Assembly: GCA_030141605.1 (NCBI GenBank)
Contig: JAQGDQ010000170.1
Coordinates: 1-64,000 of the forward strand
Length of the DNA: 64,000 nt
Origin: Tubiluchus corallicola
Lineage: Eukaryota; Animalia; Priapulida
Direction of reading: 5' to 3'
The position numbers were made by a program, and so were the translations under genes. The notes beneath the pieces were generated by a model. The model saw nothing but the letters and a program-made list of their open reading frames with translations. It was not told the origin of the DNA and did not search any database. Shown in pieces: positions 1 to 12,287 of the stretch. Each line of letters starts with the position of its first letter. The first letter of the stretch is position 1.

Positions 1-8
1 GAGAGAAC

Positions 9-42
<34 letters not shown>

Positions 43-55
43 AAGAGAGAGAGAG

Positions 56-132
<77 letters not shown>

Positions 133-142
133 GAGAGAGAGA
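1..142. repeat. (GA)n microsatellite, imperfect
   Basis: Direct GA dinucleotide run with a few interruptions. Confidence 0.97.
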
Positions 143-518
143 AAGCCTAGTAAACACGTACATAAACATGAAAGATTAATCATCATCATCATCATCATCA
201 GCATCTCTACAGTCCAATATTACCCTTCATAAACCAAAACACGATTATGGATATCTAAGCGGTTTATTAGCACATCAGAAGACAATTAAGCGCTTTTTAT
301 AGTCGATCTGACTAGGTACAATAAATTAAATAACAAATACGTGATTTTGTTAAAATAAATTGCAATGTTAAATGGTTGCATTTCCTTTTTCATGATTTGT
401 CTATTTTGACGAAATGCAAAAATTTCCAATGTATGGCTTCCGTTGAATTCAGTGTGGATATTATAGGCTAATTCGTAAACCTGTCATCTGATGATTATAT
501 TGATGATGTTGATATTGT

Positions 519-713
519 TAAAGCAAAACCAGACCCAATCTTAAACTGTAGGTCTACTCTTTTAAAGTCTTGAAAGCAAACATACTGTTTTTTCAAAAAT
601 GAGTTACGTGAAAGATTTATTACCACACAAACACAATTTCATGTTTACATTCGTTAGTTAGACGGGCACTAGCAACTGCATTTTGCAAACTCGTTGCACA
701 AAAACAGGTACTC
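519..713 (+). mobile_element. 5' fragment of Kolobok-like MITE family, truncated by the (TCAC)n array
   Basis: Starts ttaaagcaaaaccagacccaatcttaaactg, matching copies near 28456 and 55201; similarity stops where the microsatellite begins. Confidence 0.7.
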
Positions 714-1970
714 GTTCACTCACTCACTCACTCACTCCCTCACTCACTCACTCACTCTCTCACTCACTCACTCACTCTCACTCACTCTCTCTCTCTCTCA
801 CTCACTCACTCACTCACTCAATCACTCACTCATTCTCCGTCTCCGTCTCTCTCTCTCTCACTCACTCCCTCACTCACTCACTCACTCACTCACTCACTCA
901 CTCCCTCACTCACTCGCTCACTCACTCACTCCCTCACTCACTCACTTCCTCACTCACTCACTACCTCGCTCACTCACTCACTCACTCACTCACTACCTCG
1001 CTCACTCACTCACTCACTCCACTCACTCACTCACTCCCTCACTCACTCACTCACTCACTCCCTCACTCACTCACTACCTCGCTCACTCACTCACTCACTC
1101 ACTACCTCGCTCACTCACTCACTCACTCGCCCACTCCCTCCCTCACTCACTCACTCACTCACTCACTCACTACCTCACTCACTACCTCGCTCACTCACTC
1201 ACTCACTCCCTCACTCACTCACTCCCTCACTCACTCACTCACTCACTCCCTCACTCACTCACTACCTCGCTCACTCACTCACTCACTCACTACCTCGCTC
1301 ACTCACTCACTCACTCGCCCACTCCCTCCCTCACTCACTCACTCACTCACTCACTCACTCACTCACTCACTCCCTCACTCACTCACTACCTCGCTCACTC
1401 ACTCACTCACTCCCTCACTCACTCACTCACTCACTCACTCACTCACTCACTCACTCACTCACTCACTCACTCACTCACTACCTCGCTCACTCACTCACTC
1501 ACTCGCCCACTCCCTCCCTCACTCACTCACTCACTCACTCACTCACTCCCTCACTCACTCACTACCTCGCTCACTCACTCACTCACTCCCTCACTCCCTC
1601 ACTCACTCACTCACTCACTCACTCACTCGCTCGCTCACTCACTCACTCACTCACTCACTCACTCACTCACTACCTCGCTCACTCACTCACTCACTCGCCC
1701 ACTCCCTTACTCACTCACTCACTCACTCACTCACTCCCTCACTCACTCACTACCTCCCTCCCTCCCTACCTCCCTCCCTCCCTACCTCCTTCCCTCCCTA
1801 CCTCCCTCCCTCCCTCACTCTCTCACTCTCTCTCTCACTCACTCACTCACTCACTCACTCTCTCACTCTCTCCCTCCCTCACTCACTCACTCACTCACTC
1901 ATTCACTCACTAACTCACTCTCTCACTCATCTCTCACTCATTCACTCGCTCATTCACTCTCTCACTCACT
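714..1970. repeat. (TCAC)n/(TCCC)n tetranucleotide array of about 1.25 kb with recurring ACTACCTCGC variants
   Basis: Direct tandem repeat; explains the SLTH-repeat ORFs 683..1972 and 694..2037. Confidence 0.97.
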
Positions 1971-2207
1971 AACTTATTTAATTAGTTGTTTATTTGCTAC
2001 CTTCGATAAACAAGGTAAACAATCAGGGGCAGTTTGAACAGCCCAAAGATGGTTTTGAAGTGATTAAGCAGCCATACCAGGTTCAGTGCTGCTTAACTTT
2101 AGTCGCTAAGTGTTTGTCGTGAACACTTAACCATTTACCTCGCTCTACATATATCATCTTTTCGTATGGAATTCATAGCGACATTAAAATGTTTAATTTT
2201 CTTACAG

Positions 2208-2449
2208 CTGCTGATGTGGCCGACTCAGAAACTGACAATAGCAGTAACCTTCGAAGAATGCAATACCTGTACAACAAGATGGCCGAGAAAAGAGACCAAA
2301 GCTTATTTCCAGGACCGGAGCAACGGAACTACCGGGAGTTGTCCAACTTGAGAGCCATGACGTTACAGAAGAGGGATTGCTTTCGGGACAACTGCTTAGG
2401 AAGAGGTCTGAGCTTCATGCGATGTCAGATGATTTGCAATGGCAAATAG
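2208..2449 (+). CDS. Terminal coding exon of a secreted peptide precursor (toxin- or neuropeptide-like; 4-Cys amidated mature peptide)
   Basis: Acceptor ttttcttacag|C at 2207/2208 (phase 1, typical after a signal-peptide exon); acidic spacer, RR and two KR sites, then DCFRDNCLGRGLSFMRCQMICN-GK-stop (amidation signal). Higher GC than flanks. Signal exon not identified. Confidence 0.75.
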
Positions 2450-2583
2450 AAGCGCCCTCTATGAACGAGAAAAAAAACACACGCTGAAAAAAAATCGTTT
2501 ATAACGTAAATACTTTCTTGTAATGTTTACACCTCTCTAGACTAAACTGAGTTACTTATTTTGATAAGAGACAATGCGTAATT

Positions 2584-3206
2584 AGAGTTTCCGCTACAAT
2601 CGCAGAACGATTGTGGGAGCGGAACTGACGTCATCCTACCGTCACGATGATCTTAGACTAGAATCATTTGTACAGATTTTTGTCGTCAGTTTCTGCACGA
2701 TTTCCAGACAGCAACACATGTACCTTGGCTTATGAATGTGTTTTCTTTCATCTTGTCGTGTCTATAAAAAATTTAAATCATTTAATTTTTTTATTACAGG
2801 GACTTAAAAGGCAGTTATAGTTAAAACATCACTAATTTAATAAAACTTTTAGTTTACATTGTTAAAAAAATCATGTCAAACGTTTTGACAGAGCTACTGC
2901 TGTCATCATCAGTGGTAATTTTTTACAAACATACAACCAGTTTATATAGGCAGAGTCTACAGTACAGAACTGCAGGCTCAGCCTATATAAACTGGTTGTA
3001 TGTTTGTAAAAATTTACCACCGATGACGACAGCAGTAGAATGTCAAAACGTTTCACATGACCTTTTAACTATGTAAATTAAATCATTTAAATTTAAAAAA
3101 TCGTCTTGAACTGTAACGAAACGTACTGGGCGTGACTCTGTACGTGAGAGTAGTGATGACGTCATCTCGCAATAAGATTTAACTGTTGGACTGTAGCGGA
3201 AGCTCT
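2584..3206. mobile_element. Palindromic MITE with TIR AGAGTTTCCGCTACA / TGTAGCGGAAGCTCT and a central ~190-bp hairpin
   Basis: Matching terminal inverted repeats; 2871-3060 is a near-perfect inverted repeat (mirror ORFs 2871..3056 and 2873..3076). Confidence 0.75.
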
Positions 3207-3845
3207 GTATACAACTAGATTTTCTAATAACTCAGGATGAGTGATCTAAATTCTAACGATGAGTAAAAAGGAATCATGGAAACAAAAATAACGGCTAGAG
3301 TCATTCGTCTTAACTGAGTAGACAGAGTACTCATTCTCAAGATTCTCCCAAACTTTGCTGTTAAACACTTGAGCGTGACAGTTACTCAGTTCGTCTGTTA
3401 GATTACTCACAAGCTCAGAAATTGTTCTGAGTGGGTGCAATTGTTTTAAAAACGACTCAATTTTCTAACTGCACACAAGCCATTCTAAGCGTGAATTTAC
3501 TCATTTTGAATGTGGCGTTACTCACTTTGAGTGTTAAGTTACTCGATTTCAATGCGAAAATTCTCAGAATGGTCAAATTTTAGCTGGACGGAGGTCAGTC
3601 GCTATCTTTTGCAACGGGTTGTTTTAAATAAAATTTAAATGTTTCTCTAAATTATCACATGAAAATTTTGCAAGTGAGGAAAAGATTCACTATTGTGTCC
3701 GTGTGAATTAACGTTTTGATCACCATAGTGCTAGTGAGACATGGCTTAATGAGTGTGGGTCAAGCTGGGTTCTGGTCATTAGTCAATTATTGCCCCTCGT
3801 TTTCATCTGTAATTTCTATTGCTTGTAATCACTTGACCTCTTATT

Positions 3846-4149
3846 ACAGCGCGTTCAGACCAGACAGCTTTCTGTCATGAGTTTTCTCTCTGACAACAAA
3901 CTTGGAAGTGTGAACTGCTCTGCGAGTTACTGTCGGCAGAAATTGTTAACTCTCCGATAGTTACTACGAGTTTACTGTCTAGTGTGAACGCTTCGGCGAG
4001 TTACTCTCGACACTTCTCACAGTGACTAGAGAAGTGAGTGTGAGCTTGTGCTTACTGTCGGAGAGTAACTCACGGCAGGTTTTGCTCTCTAGTCTGAACG
4101 CGCGTGCGAGTTACTTGGTGAGAAAACTGGCTAGTCTGAACGCGCCGTA
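3846..4149. mobile_element. Harbinger/PIF-like MITE
   Basis: TIR GCGCGTTCAGAC / GTCTGAACGCGC; related inverted copy at about 42288-42591. Confidence 0.6.
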
Positions 4150-5339
4150 TCGCAAAATCAAAGTAAAGGTCATGGTGGGTCAACCAGACAGAAAATTTTG
4201 TAACTACAGAGTGAAGAAACACTCTATGAAAGCAAGTAGATTCGCTTCGTATTATGATTCTGCCATTGAAATTGACCAGTTGAATCTGTGTACGTTTGAA
4301 TCCATGTGTTACATTTCGGTTGTTGATTATTTTACGCATGCCTTCATGTTGGCCAATCTGACGTTAATTCAAAAACTGGAAGCAATATGTCTATCTGTCT
4401 CATTCGAATGTGTCGTTTTAAGGGAGATTTTGCGAACTACGTAACATTTTTTTTCAAAATACGACCTGTATTTTGTATTTTCGTTGTTTTTAAAAGTTTT
4501 CCAACACAAAATTGCAGTAGTTGAGACCAAGGTTACGTAATCAAATCTATAATGTAATACAATTACTTGTGTTTTGCACAGAAACTAAATTTATTCGGTG
4601 AGATTAATGGGCAAATTACTTAGTCCTTCTTATTCTTTATTGCAAAGCATTTTTGAAGAAAAAAACTGTTTGCAAAATGGTAGATAATCTTTGCATGTCA
4701 AATGTAAAGATTACATTTTTACTAGTTTTGTTATATTATTGATTTTTATTTGTGCACCTAATGAAGTGTGAAATGTCCAATGCTCAGCAAAGCATTACAA
4801 AGTACCGTTTTCTTACAATTTGGGTTACCTCAATCTCAATTCCAGCAAAAATGTTGTTTATTTTCCAGTAAATATTATATATATCTCATGATGTTCTGAC
4901 ACAACTTAGATTGAAAAGAAAATTTTTAATCCAAGGTTGAAATTGTCTTACATAAACTAAGATATAAAGTGTAAATGCTTTTACTTCTCGTAGATTAATG
5001 CCGGGAAGCTTATCTTTTAAACTTCATTTCTTCAAAAAGACAGTCTTTGTTTTGTGTTCGATGGCTTTTTGAATGTCAGCAAACTGCATTTGTTTAATGC
5101 TGATTCAAATAGCTTTGTGACAGTCTTTTTATAAAGTAAGTAGTGTTAATGATTACCTAAGTTTTTATCTTAAAATTCGACATTTAGACAGTATACAGCA
5201 CTAATTTGAAAAATAAAAATTAAACCTTTCAAAGTAAATGATATCTAGTTGAAGGATTCTTTTTCGATGTAATAAAGATCATTAATTTCATGAGAATTTG
5301 ACATTTTGCCAGTTTCAGATTTGTAAACTAAAACCGTTA

Positions 5340-5840
5340 TTACATATGTTTATATGTAATAACTTAATATATGTAATATTAATATATGTTTATGTGTAAT
5401 GCATGTATAAACATATGTAATTACATGTTTACGTATTATATATGTAATTACGTATGTTTATATGTTTACATATTATATATGTAATTACGTATGTTATATG
5501 TAATACATGTATAAACATATGTAATTACCTATTGAGATATTATATATGTAATTACGTATGTTTATATGTAATACATGTATAAACATATGTAATTACATGT
5601 TTACATATTACATATGTAATTACGTATGTTTATATGTAATACATGTATAAACATATGTAATTACATATTGAGATATTATATATGTAATTACGTATGTTAT
5701 ATGTAATACATGTATAAACATATGTAATCACCTATTGAGATATTATATATGTAATTACGTATGTTTATATGTAATACATGTATAAACATATGTAACTACA
5801 TATTCACATATTACATATGTAATTACGTATGTTTATATGT
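5340..5840. repeat. AT-rich minisatellite (tatatgtaattacgtatgttt... subunits, about 64-65 bp period)
   Basis: Direct tandem repetition. Confidence 0.9.
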
Positions 5841-5898
5841 AAAATTAAAAATGTTTATAATCCAAAAATCAATAGCAGTTTGTTTTCATCGATCTTAA

Positions 5899-6349
5899 AG
5901 GAAAACTGGATAGTTTTTGAATCCAACCCCGTTTTGAGGTACGCTAAAAAGTATACATTTTAACATCTATAATAATGTTTAAACTTTTCTAATTACTGTA
6001 CAACATTCAGTCACGTGATGCGCAAAAACTCGACAAATTTTACCGTCTAAATTTCAAGTTTACCGCTGCACTCACGTATCAGCTCTCGAACGTGTGTACT
6101 ACGTCACAACTGAACCCCGTCCCTGTGCTGAGAGGTGCAGCACCCGTACTCTGTGCAACGCGTTTCGGAGATGCAGGCGCTAGCGTCCATCTAACTATCC
6201 AATGGTCGTGACGTCAAAGAACTAGCCGCGCGAGCCCGAAATTGCATTTCTGTTGTAATAATTCATTCATGTAAGTCATTCTTGAAAAAAAATAGTATGT
6301 TCCCTTTTAATATTTTGAACTATAGTTTAAGACTGGGTCCGGTTTACCT
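5899..6349 (-). mobile_element. Kolobok-like MITE
   Basis: ttaa|AGGAAAACTGGA ... TCCGGTTTACCT|ttaa; internal similarity to the 55205 family in reverse orientation. Confidence 0.7.
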
Positions 6350-7508
6350 TTAAGAATGACTTGAAATTTATTCTGATGAAGCCACACAATTTACAATAAG
6401 AGACAGACATCTCCAATAAAACTTTTAACTTGTTTAAGTGACAGTAACGTTTGTTAAACTGTCACTCAAGTTGTTTTTCACATTTTAATCACCGCTGGTA
6501 AATTCAACGCTCTTTACTAAACGCCGCCAAATCGAGTGCACGGTACTCTTTGTGACGTCGTGTTATTTCAATTTACCTGGCGGCTTTCTTTGATCCCTGT
6601 TTACCTGCAACTCCTGATCGTGTTTCAGATCGAGAAAAATCAGAGAAAACATTTGATGATCCAAAAAGAAACCAGCATCGCAAACGCCATTTGACATTAT
6701 TACTTTTTCTTTTGAATTCTATTTGAAGACTATATTTTCGAACAGCTATTACATCACACGTGTGAACGGTTACAGAATTACGTCAGCAATTACGTCACAG
6801 TAAGGCTCGAATAGCGGGAACTGAGGCTGCGGAAAAAGTCCTAAGCCTCTTCACTACCGCACAATTTGTATTGCAGCTGGCGTATGAATATATTCAAAAA
6901 AGGGAAAATTGTTACCGTTACAAATACACGGTCATAAAATTACGTCAGCAAATTACGTCAGCAATTACGTCAGTAAGGCTCGAATGTGAAAAACTACGCA
7001 CTAGAACTTAGCATAGTGTGGGAGTTAAAAGGCTGTGGAAAAAGTTATATGTCGCTTCTCTGCCACCCAATGTGTACTGTAGCTGGCGTAGAGAATACAT
7101 GTGTTTTAAGACAAGGTAAAGCTGCTAAAGATACTACTACAGGCTACAGATTACTGCAACTTTGGCTATATCATAATTTGTAGTTACACCATTAATTCCA
7201 CAGCTTCCACCATCACGATCACCACCATTTTCATCATCACCATTTTCACGATATCATTTCAAAAGTAGCTTTCATTTGTGTGATATAATTCAAATCATTT
7301 TGCAAAATCTAGGGCAGAAAACAAGTCACTACACAGCAGACTACAGCACACATCCAGCAATAACAGCAATCTTTTTTGCTGTACTTCCGACGTTTACAGG
7401 CATTTTGTGGCCTACATATTAGTTTTTTTGGGGTCAACAGAGGACAACACCACTGAGGCAGTGAAGCAACGCTAACTTCGTACGAAACTTTAGTGATGTA
7501 GCCTTAGT

Positions 7509-8005
7509 CTTCTTCTTCTTCTTCCCAGCTTTTCCCTATGCGGGGTCGCCGTTGTGAATGAGTCTTCTCCACGCATTCCTGTTGTTGACCATCTCTTCAT
7601 TTATGTCTTCCCTTCCCACGTGATCTTCACCGACTCTTCATTTCAGGTGTCCATACCATCGCAATCTTGCGAGGCTTCCACTACTTTTACTGTTCCTCTG
7701 ATATTATTATTTCCAATTTTATCTCTTCTTGTTATTCCCACCATTCATCTCAACATCCTCATCTCCACCACACCCATTTTCTTCTCTTCGGTCTTCTTTA
7801 GAGAAGCTGCTTCCAGCCCATAGATTAGACCGGGTCTGACCACTTCTTTTTGGACTTCCCTTTAAGTCTCACCGACTCATTCGTAGAAGGTTTTGGCGCA
7901 GTTTTTACAGGCGGATGCCCTTCCTACCGTAACCCTCCCTATTTATCCGACCTTGGGACCGGCACTGAGTTGGGCTGGCTTTTACCCCCCCCCCCAGTGG
8001 CTAGG
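7509..8005 (-). mobile_element. Bipartite RTE-derived non-autonomous retroelement (5' UTR joined to 3' end) with 19-bp TSD
   Basis: TSD ttagtgatgtagccttagt at 7490-7508 and 8006-8024; minus-strand 3' end ggcgaccccgcatagggaaaagctgg(gaa)n typical of RTE-clade tails; 5' part carries aggaagggcatccg...gtaaaa. Confidence 0.85.
7929..7978 (-). ncRNA. Twister-ribozyme-like motif (possibly degenerate)
   Basis: Minus strand CAGCC CAA CUCA GU GCCGGUCCCAAG GUCGG AUAAA UAGG GAGG GUUAC resembles the type-P1 twister core (UAA...GCCGGUCCCAAGCCCGGAUAAA...GAGG, recalled); deviations at CAA and AAGGU. Confidence 0.65.
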
Positions 8006-8361
8006 TTAGTGATGTAGCCTTAGTAACTCCCTGTATATTATAAAAGTACACTGGTCCTTATCGGGTTCATACTCTATCGTATGTGTCGATCCCATTTCCA
8101 AATCCGAAAATAAGGTTTGTCTTATTTATTTACTTATTTTATTGACATTTATACATGTGTTAAAAACAGTATGGAAGAAATATATAAGCAGGCGCATGCG
8201 CACTTCAAACCTGACGCCAATCATACATAAAATGGTGCACGAAAGTCTGTGAAAACGATTTACTAAGGTTGGTAACATTCTGAAAGGCCCACTTTAGAAT
8301 ATAAGTCAATAAACGGCAATTAATTTTTAATTTAAGTTAATATTACTTTATATTATATTAA

Positions 8362-8398
<37 letters not shown>

Positions 8399-9679
8399 TA
8401 TAATAATTATTACATAAAACATTACTTTCTTTTTAGTATTATGTAGTCTTGTTATTATTATTTTAGTTTTTAACACTCGCAAACGCACATATATTCATAT
8501 CACTTGTCATTTCCTTTAATAAAGGACTGAAGTTGGCCAACGTCTTTAAAGTTAATCTCGAGCTGCCGCGTTACTAGACTGTTTTACAGTTCAGTACAGT
8601 ACAGCACGGGAAAAACCAAAGAAAGGTTTAAAACTTAAAATTCGTAGTCGTAAAAGCTCTATTCACATCAAACGTTTTTAATTAAACCTAGCGTTTGGAC
8701 ATTGAAGTTTTACGTTCATGTAAATCATAATTTTTGCAAAGACTTTGACACCCGACGTCATAAGCGCAATGGCGCCTTTTCTTTGCAGGTAATTCGCGCA
8801 GGCGCAGGCCGCGAGTGACGCCAGGCAACTTGCTCATTCCGCCCGCCGCGGTGCTTTTCTACCGAAGGCGAGACTAAATGAATAATATTAATCGTAATAA
8901 CGAATAATAATATGAATAGTAATAAATAAATTGAGGCTTAATAATGTGATACCGGACCCAACTCGCGAGTTTTTCGAAATTCTGACCAAACAGCCTGCAG
9001 AAAAAACGTTCTAGCGCCGCCTGGTGGGACTCTCGGAAGAAGATATATAGCTTTCTTGAAAGAGCAAGAAGCAATGATGATGTGGACTATATGTTAGGAC
9101 TTGTCCACCAAGAAGAGTACCGACGAGTTAATTAGATGTTCTATTTTCGGCAATTTTCACTTGGAAAACTGCTAACGCAAAGCTATTGTTCTGACGTCAT
9201 CCATTATACACTGCCTGTAAACTTAGAGCTTTGATTCAGTAAAAGCTGCTGCTGGCTTTGCGTTAGGAAAATAAACGAACACTAGGTAGGATGTTCGCGC
9301 ATTGTTGATTATAAGTGGATTTATAAGCAAATTTTTTTGCGGGGCCTTTGCTAGTGTAATATTATAATCCAAGAATTTGGCTGCATTAACAGATTTCAGT
9401 GTTCTGTTACTCGCAGGCTTTTTGGTCGGTGCTAATTCGGATACACGAGTAGTTGATGTTGTATGGTTTCTCACTGTAGGTTTATACGCAAAATTCTTTG
9501 TGAGGTTGACTACTTTTTGACTATGAACGGTCATCTTATTATTTAAAGTTTCCTTAGGAGATTAGGGAAAGTCAGTGAGTTAAAAATTAAAGCTACTGAC
9601 TTTGCAAAACAGTTGTTAAGTTAGCAAGAGTCAGTCGGTTAGTCAATAAATCTTTCAGTTGAAGAGCGAGTGAGATAGA

Positions 9680-9826
9680 CAGTCAGACAGTCAGTCAGTC
9701 AGTCAGTCAGTCAGTCAGTCAGTCAGTCAGTCAGTCAGTCAGTCAATCAATCAGTCACTCAGTCAGTCAGTCAGTCAGTCAATCAGTCAGTCAGTCAGTC
9801 AGTCAGTCAATCAGTCAGTCAGTCAG
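9680..9826. repeat. (AGTC)n microsatellite
   Basis: Direct repeat. Confidence 0.95.
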
Positions 9827-9914
9827 TTATCATCTTATTTTATCTTCACTTTATAAATTACTAATACAGTTCATGTTGCATTCTATTCTGCCTTTAAAGT
9901 AGTAACCACATAGG

Positions 9915-11640
9915 TCTAAATTGAAGAAAGAATGACTCACTCAGTGTGTTGGGTTTATTTTACTCATCACTTAACTTAAAAAAACATGTCAAAGTAATTT
10001 GCAAAGAACTGCCTATAAAGCATAAGTCTAAAATAAGCCACTTCTAAATAGAAATTTTCAGGCGTGGCGGTTGCCGCCATGGTTGCCGCCATTCACTTGG
10101 AAAGCATGAGGTAACGGGTAGATTTCGTGACTTTCCGTAAGCGCTTGCTGCGTAAACTAATTCAAACTTCTGCAGTTTACCTAATGTTCACGCAAAAATA
10201 TTACAGATTTAGCTATCTTTTTTGTGTAAAATCCTGGATACGTTCGTAAAAAAAATGTAACAAGGATTTAGTAATAAAACTGTAATGAGCACCTCGTGCA
10301 ACTAGTAAAATCACTTTTATTGTTGCAGTCACTTCATGCTTGGACGCTTCCATTTTGAACGCCCATTCTTCTTCCAATGACGTCATTCGTCTTGAAGAAA
10401 AGTAGCTCACTGTCAATCTTCGTTAAAAATATAATAAGTTTTTAGAAAAAGATTAGATGGCTAATTTTTTAATATTTTTTACCAATAATATTACCAATAT
10501 TAGGTAAACTGCGCAATTTCGATTTAGTTTAAGCATAGCGTGCTTACGGAAAGCCACGAGGTGCTTACGAAAAGTCACGAAGTCTCCCAGTTACGTCATG
10601 ACTTTCAGAAGAATGGCAGCAACCACCACGCCTGAAAATTTCTATTCAGAGGTGGCATATTTTGCATACTGTGTAGACAGTTCTTTGCAAATTTCTTTCT
10701 TATACTTTTCTAAGTTTAAGTGATAACACTAAAACAAACCCAACACACTGAATGACTTGCTTTTTCCTTTAACACACCACAAACAGTTTAAGTGATAAGA
10801 GTAAATAAACCCAACATACTGAGCGACTTGTCCTTTCCTTCAACACACCATAAACAGTTTAAGTATTAAGAGTAAAATAAACCCAACATACTGAATGACT
10901 TGTTCTTTCTTTTAGCACACCACAAACAGTTTAAGTGATAAGAGTAAAATAAACCCAACATACTGAGTGACTTGTTCTTTCTTTTAGCACACCACAAACA
11001 GTTTAAGTGATAACTGTAAAATAAACACAACATACTGAGTGACTTGTTCTTTCCTCTAGCACACCACAAACAGTTTAAGTGATAACTGTAAAATAAACCC
11101 AACATACTGAGTGACTTGTTCTTTCTTTTAGCACACCACAAACAGTTTAAGTATTAAGAGTAAAATAAACACAACATACTGAGTGACTTGTTCTTTCCTT
11201 CAACACACCATAAACAGTTTAAGTATTAAGAGTAAAACAAACCCAACATACTGAGTGAGTTGTTCTTTCTTTTAGCACACCACAAACAGTTTAAGTGATA
11301 AGAGTAAAATAAACCCAACATACTGAGTGACTTGTTCTTTCTTTTAGCACACAAACAGTTTAAGTGATAACAGTAAAATAAACCCAACATACTGAGTGAC
11401 TTGTTCTTTCTTTTAGCACACCACAAACAGTTTAAGTGATAAGAGTAAAATAAACCCAACATACTGAGTGACTTGTTCTTTCTTTTAGCACACCACAAAC
11501 AGTTTAAGTGATAAGAGTAAAATAAACCCAACATACTGAGTGACTTGTTCCTTCCTCTAGCACACCACAAACAGTTTAAGTGATAACTGTAAAATAAACA
11601 CAACATACTGAGTGACTTGTTCTTTCCTTTAGGTCGAAAA
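9915..11640. mobile_element. Long-TIR (foldback-like) MITE, copy X, with a 72-bp terminal unit expanded to about 13 copies at one end
   Basis: About 9990-10200 and 10490-10710 are inverted repeats; one degenerate unit at 9925-9980 versus a tandem array at about 10715-11630. Boundaries approximate. Confidence 0.75.
10715..11630. repeat. 72-bp minisatellite array, about 13 copies
   Basis: Period measured from aagt at 10861 and 10933; 24-aa repeat in spurious ORFs. Confidence 0.95.
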
Positions 11641-12287
11641 ATTAATCAAATTTGTTGAATAGAAAAATAAATTTGAGTAAATGCACATTTAAACTCAGAG
11701 TTCGGCCTGACATAACAAAAAATTCTAACTTCAAGATACGCTTTAAGAACCCTGTACTACCAATGCATTGTAAACAAGTTCTAGAATTACCAAGTTGTCT
11801 ATACCTAATTTGTTCCCCTGTAGAGAATTCTAACGACACAATCGTTCATTCGTTTTTAAAGTTAATAGTTTAATCCGTCAGAAACGTGATCTTCCACATC
11901 AACTGTGGATCCTCTGACATTTAAATAAATTTGTTTTGACCGCCCTGGGACCGATACGCATATTTATAATTTTATTTCCAACACGCATGGACGCCTCTTA
12001 TGATATTGAATCCCCACCCATTTGCGCGGAAGGCAGAAATTTTACAATTTTGTTGATAATGGATCCGCTTGGGCATAGTTAATAGAGTTAAAACCATGCA
12101 TGCTAAATTACTTTTATATGCCCTCCACTCAACACTCAAGCTATCAGTTGCATCGTATTAATTACAATATTAGTAAGTCTTAATATCTAAACCGGAATCG
12201 CGATTCTGACGTCAGATTCTGTAGATCATCAATTGATTGAATCAAACTTGTTTTTCTATTCAGCATATTTGATTATTTTTTCAACTT

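Noticed and set aside
683-2037. 429-aa and 447-aa SLTH-repeat ORFs
   Set aside because: Stop-free translation of a (TCAC)n microsatellite, with non-ATG starts.
6600-6700. Minus-strand ATG...CAG|gtaaac possible exon
   Set aside because: No recognisable product or partner exon.
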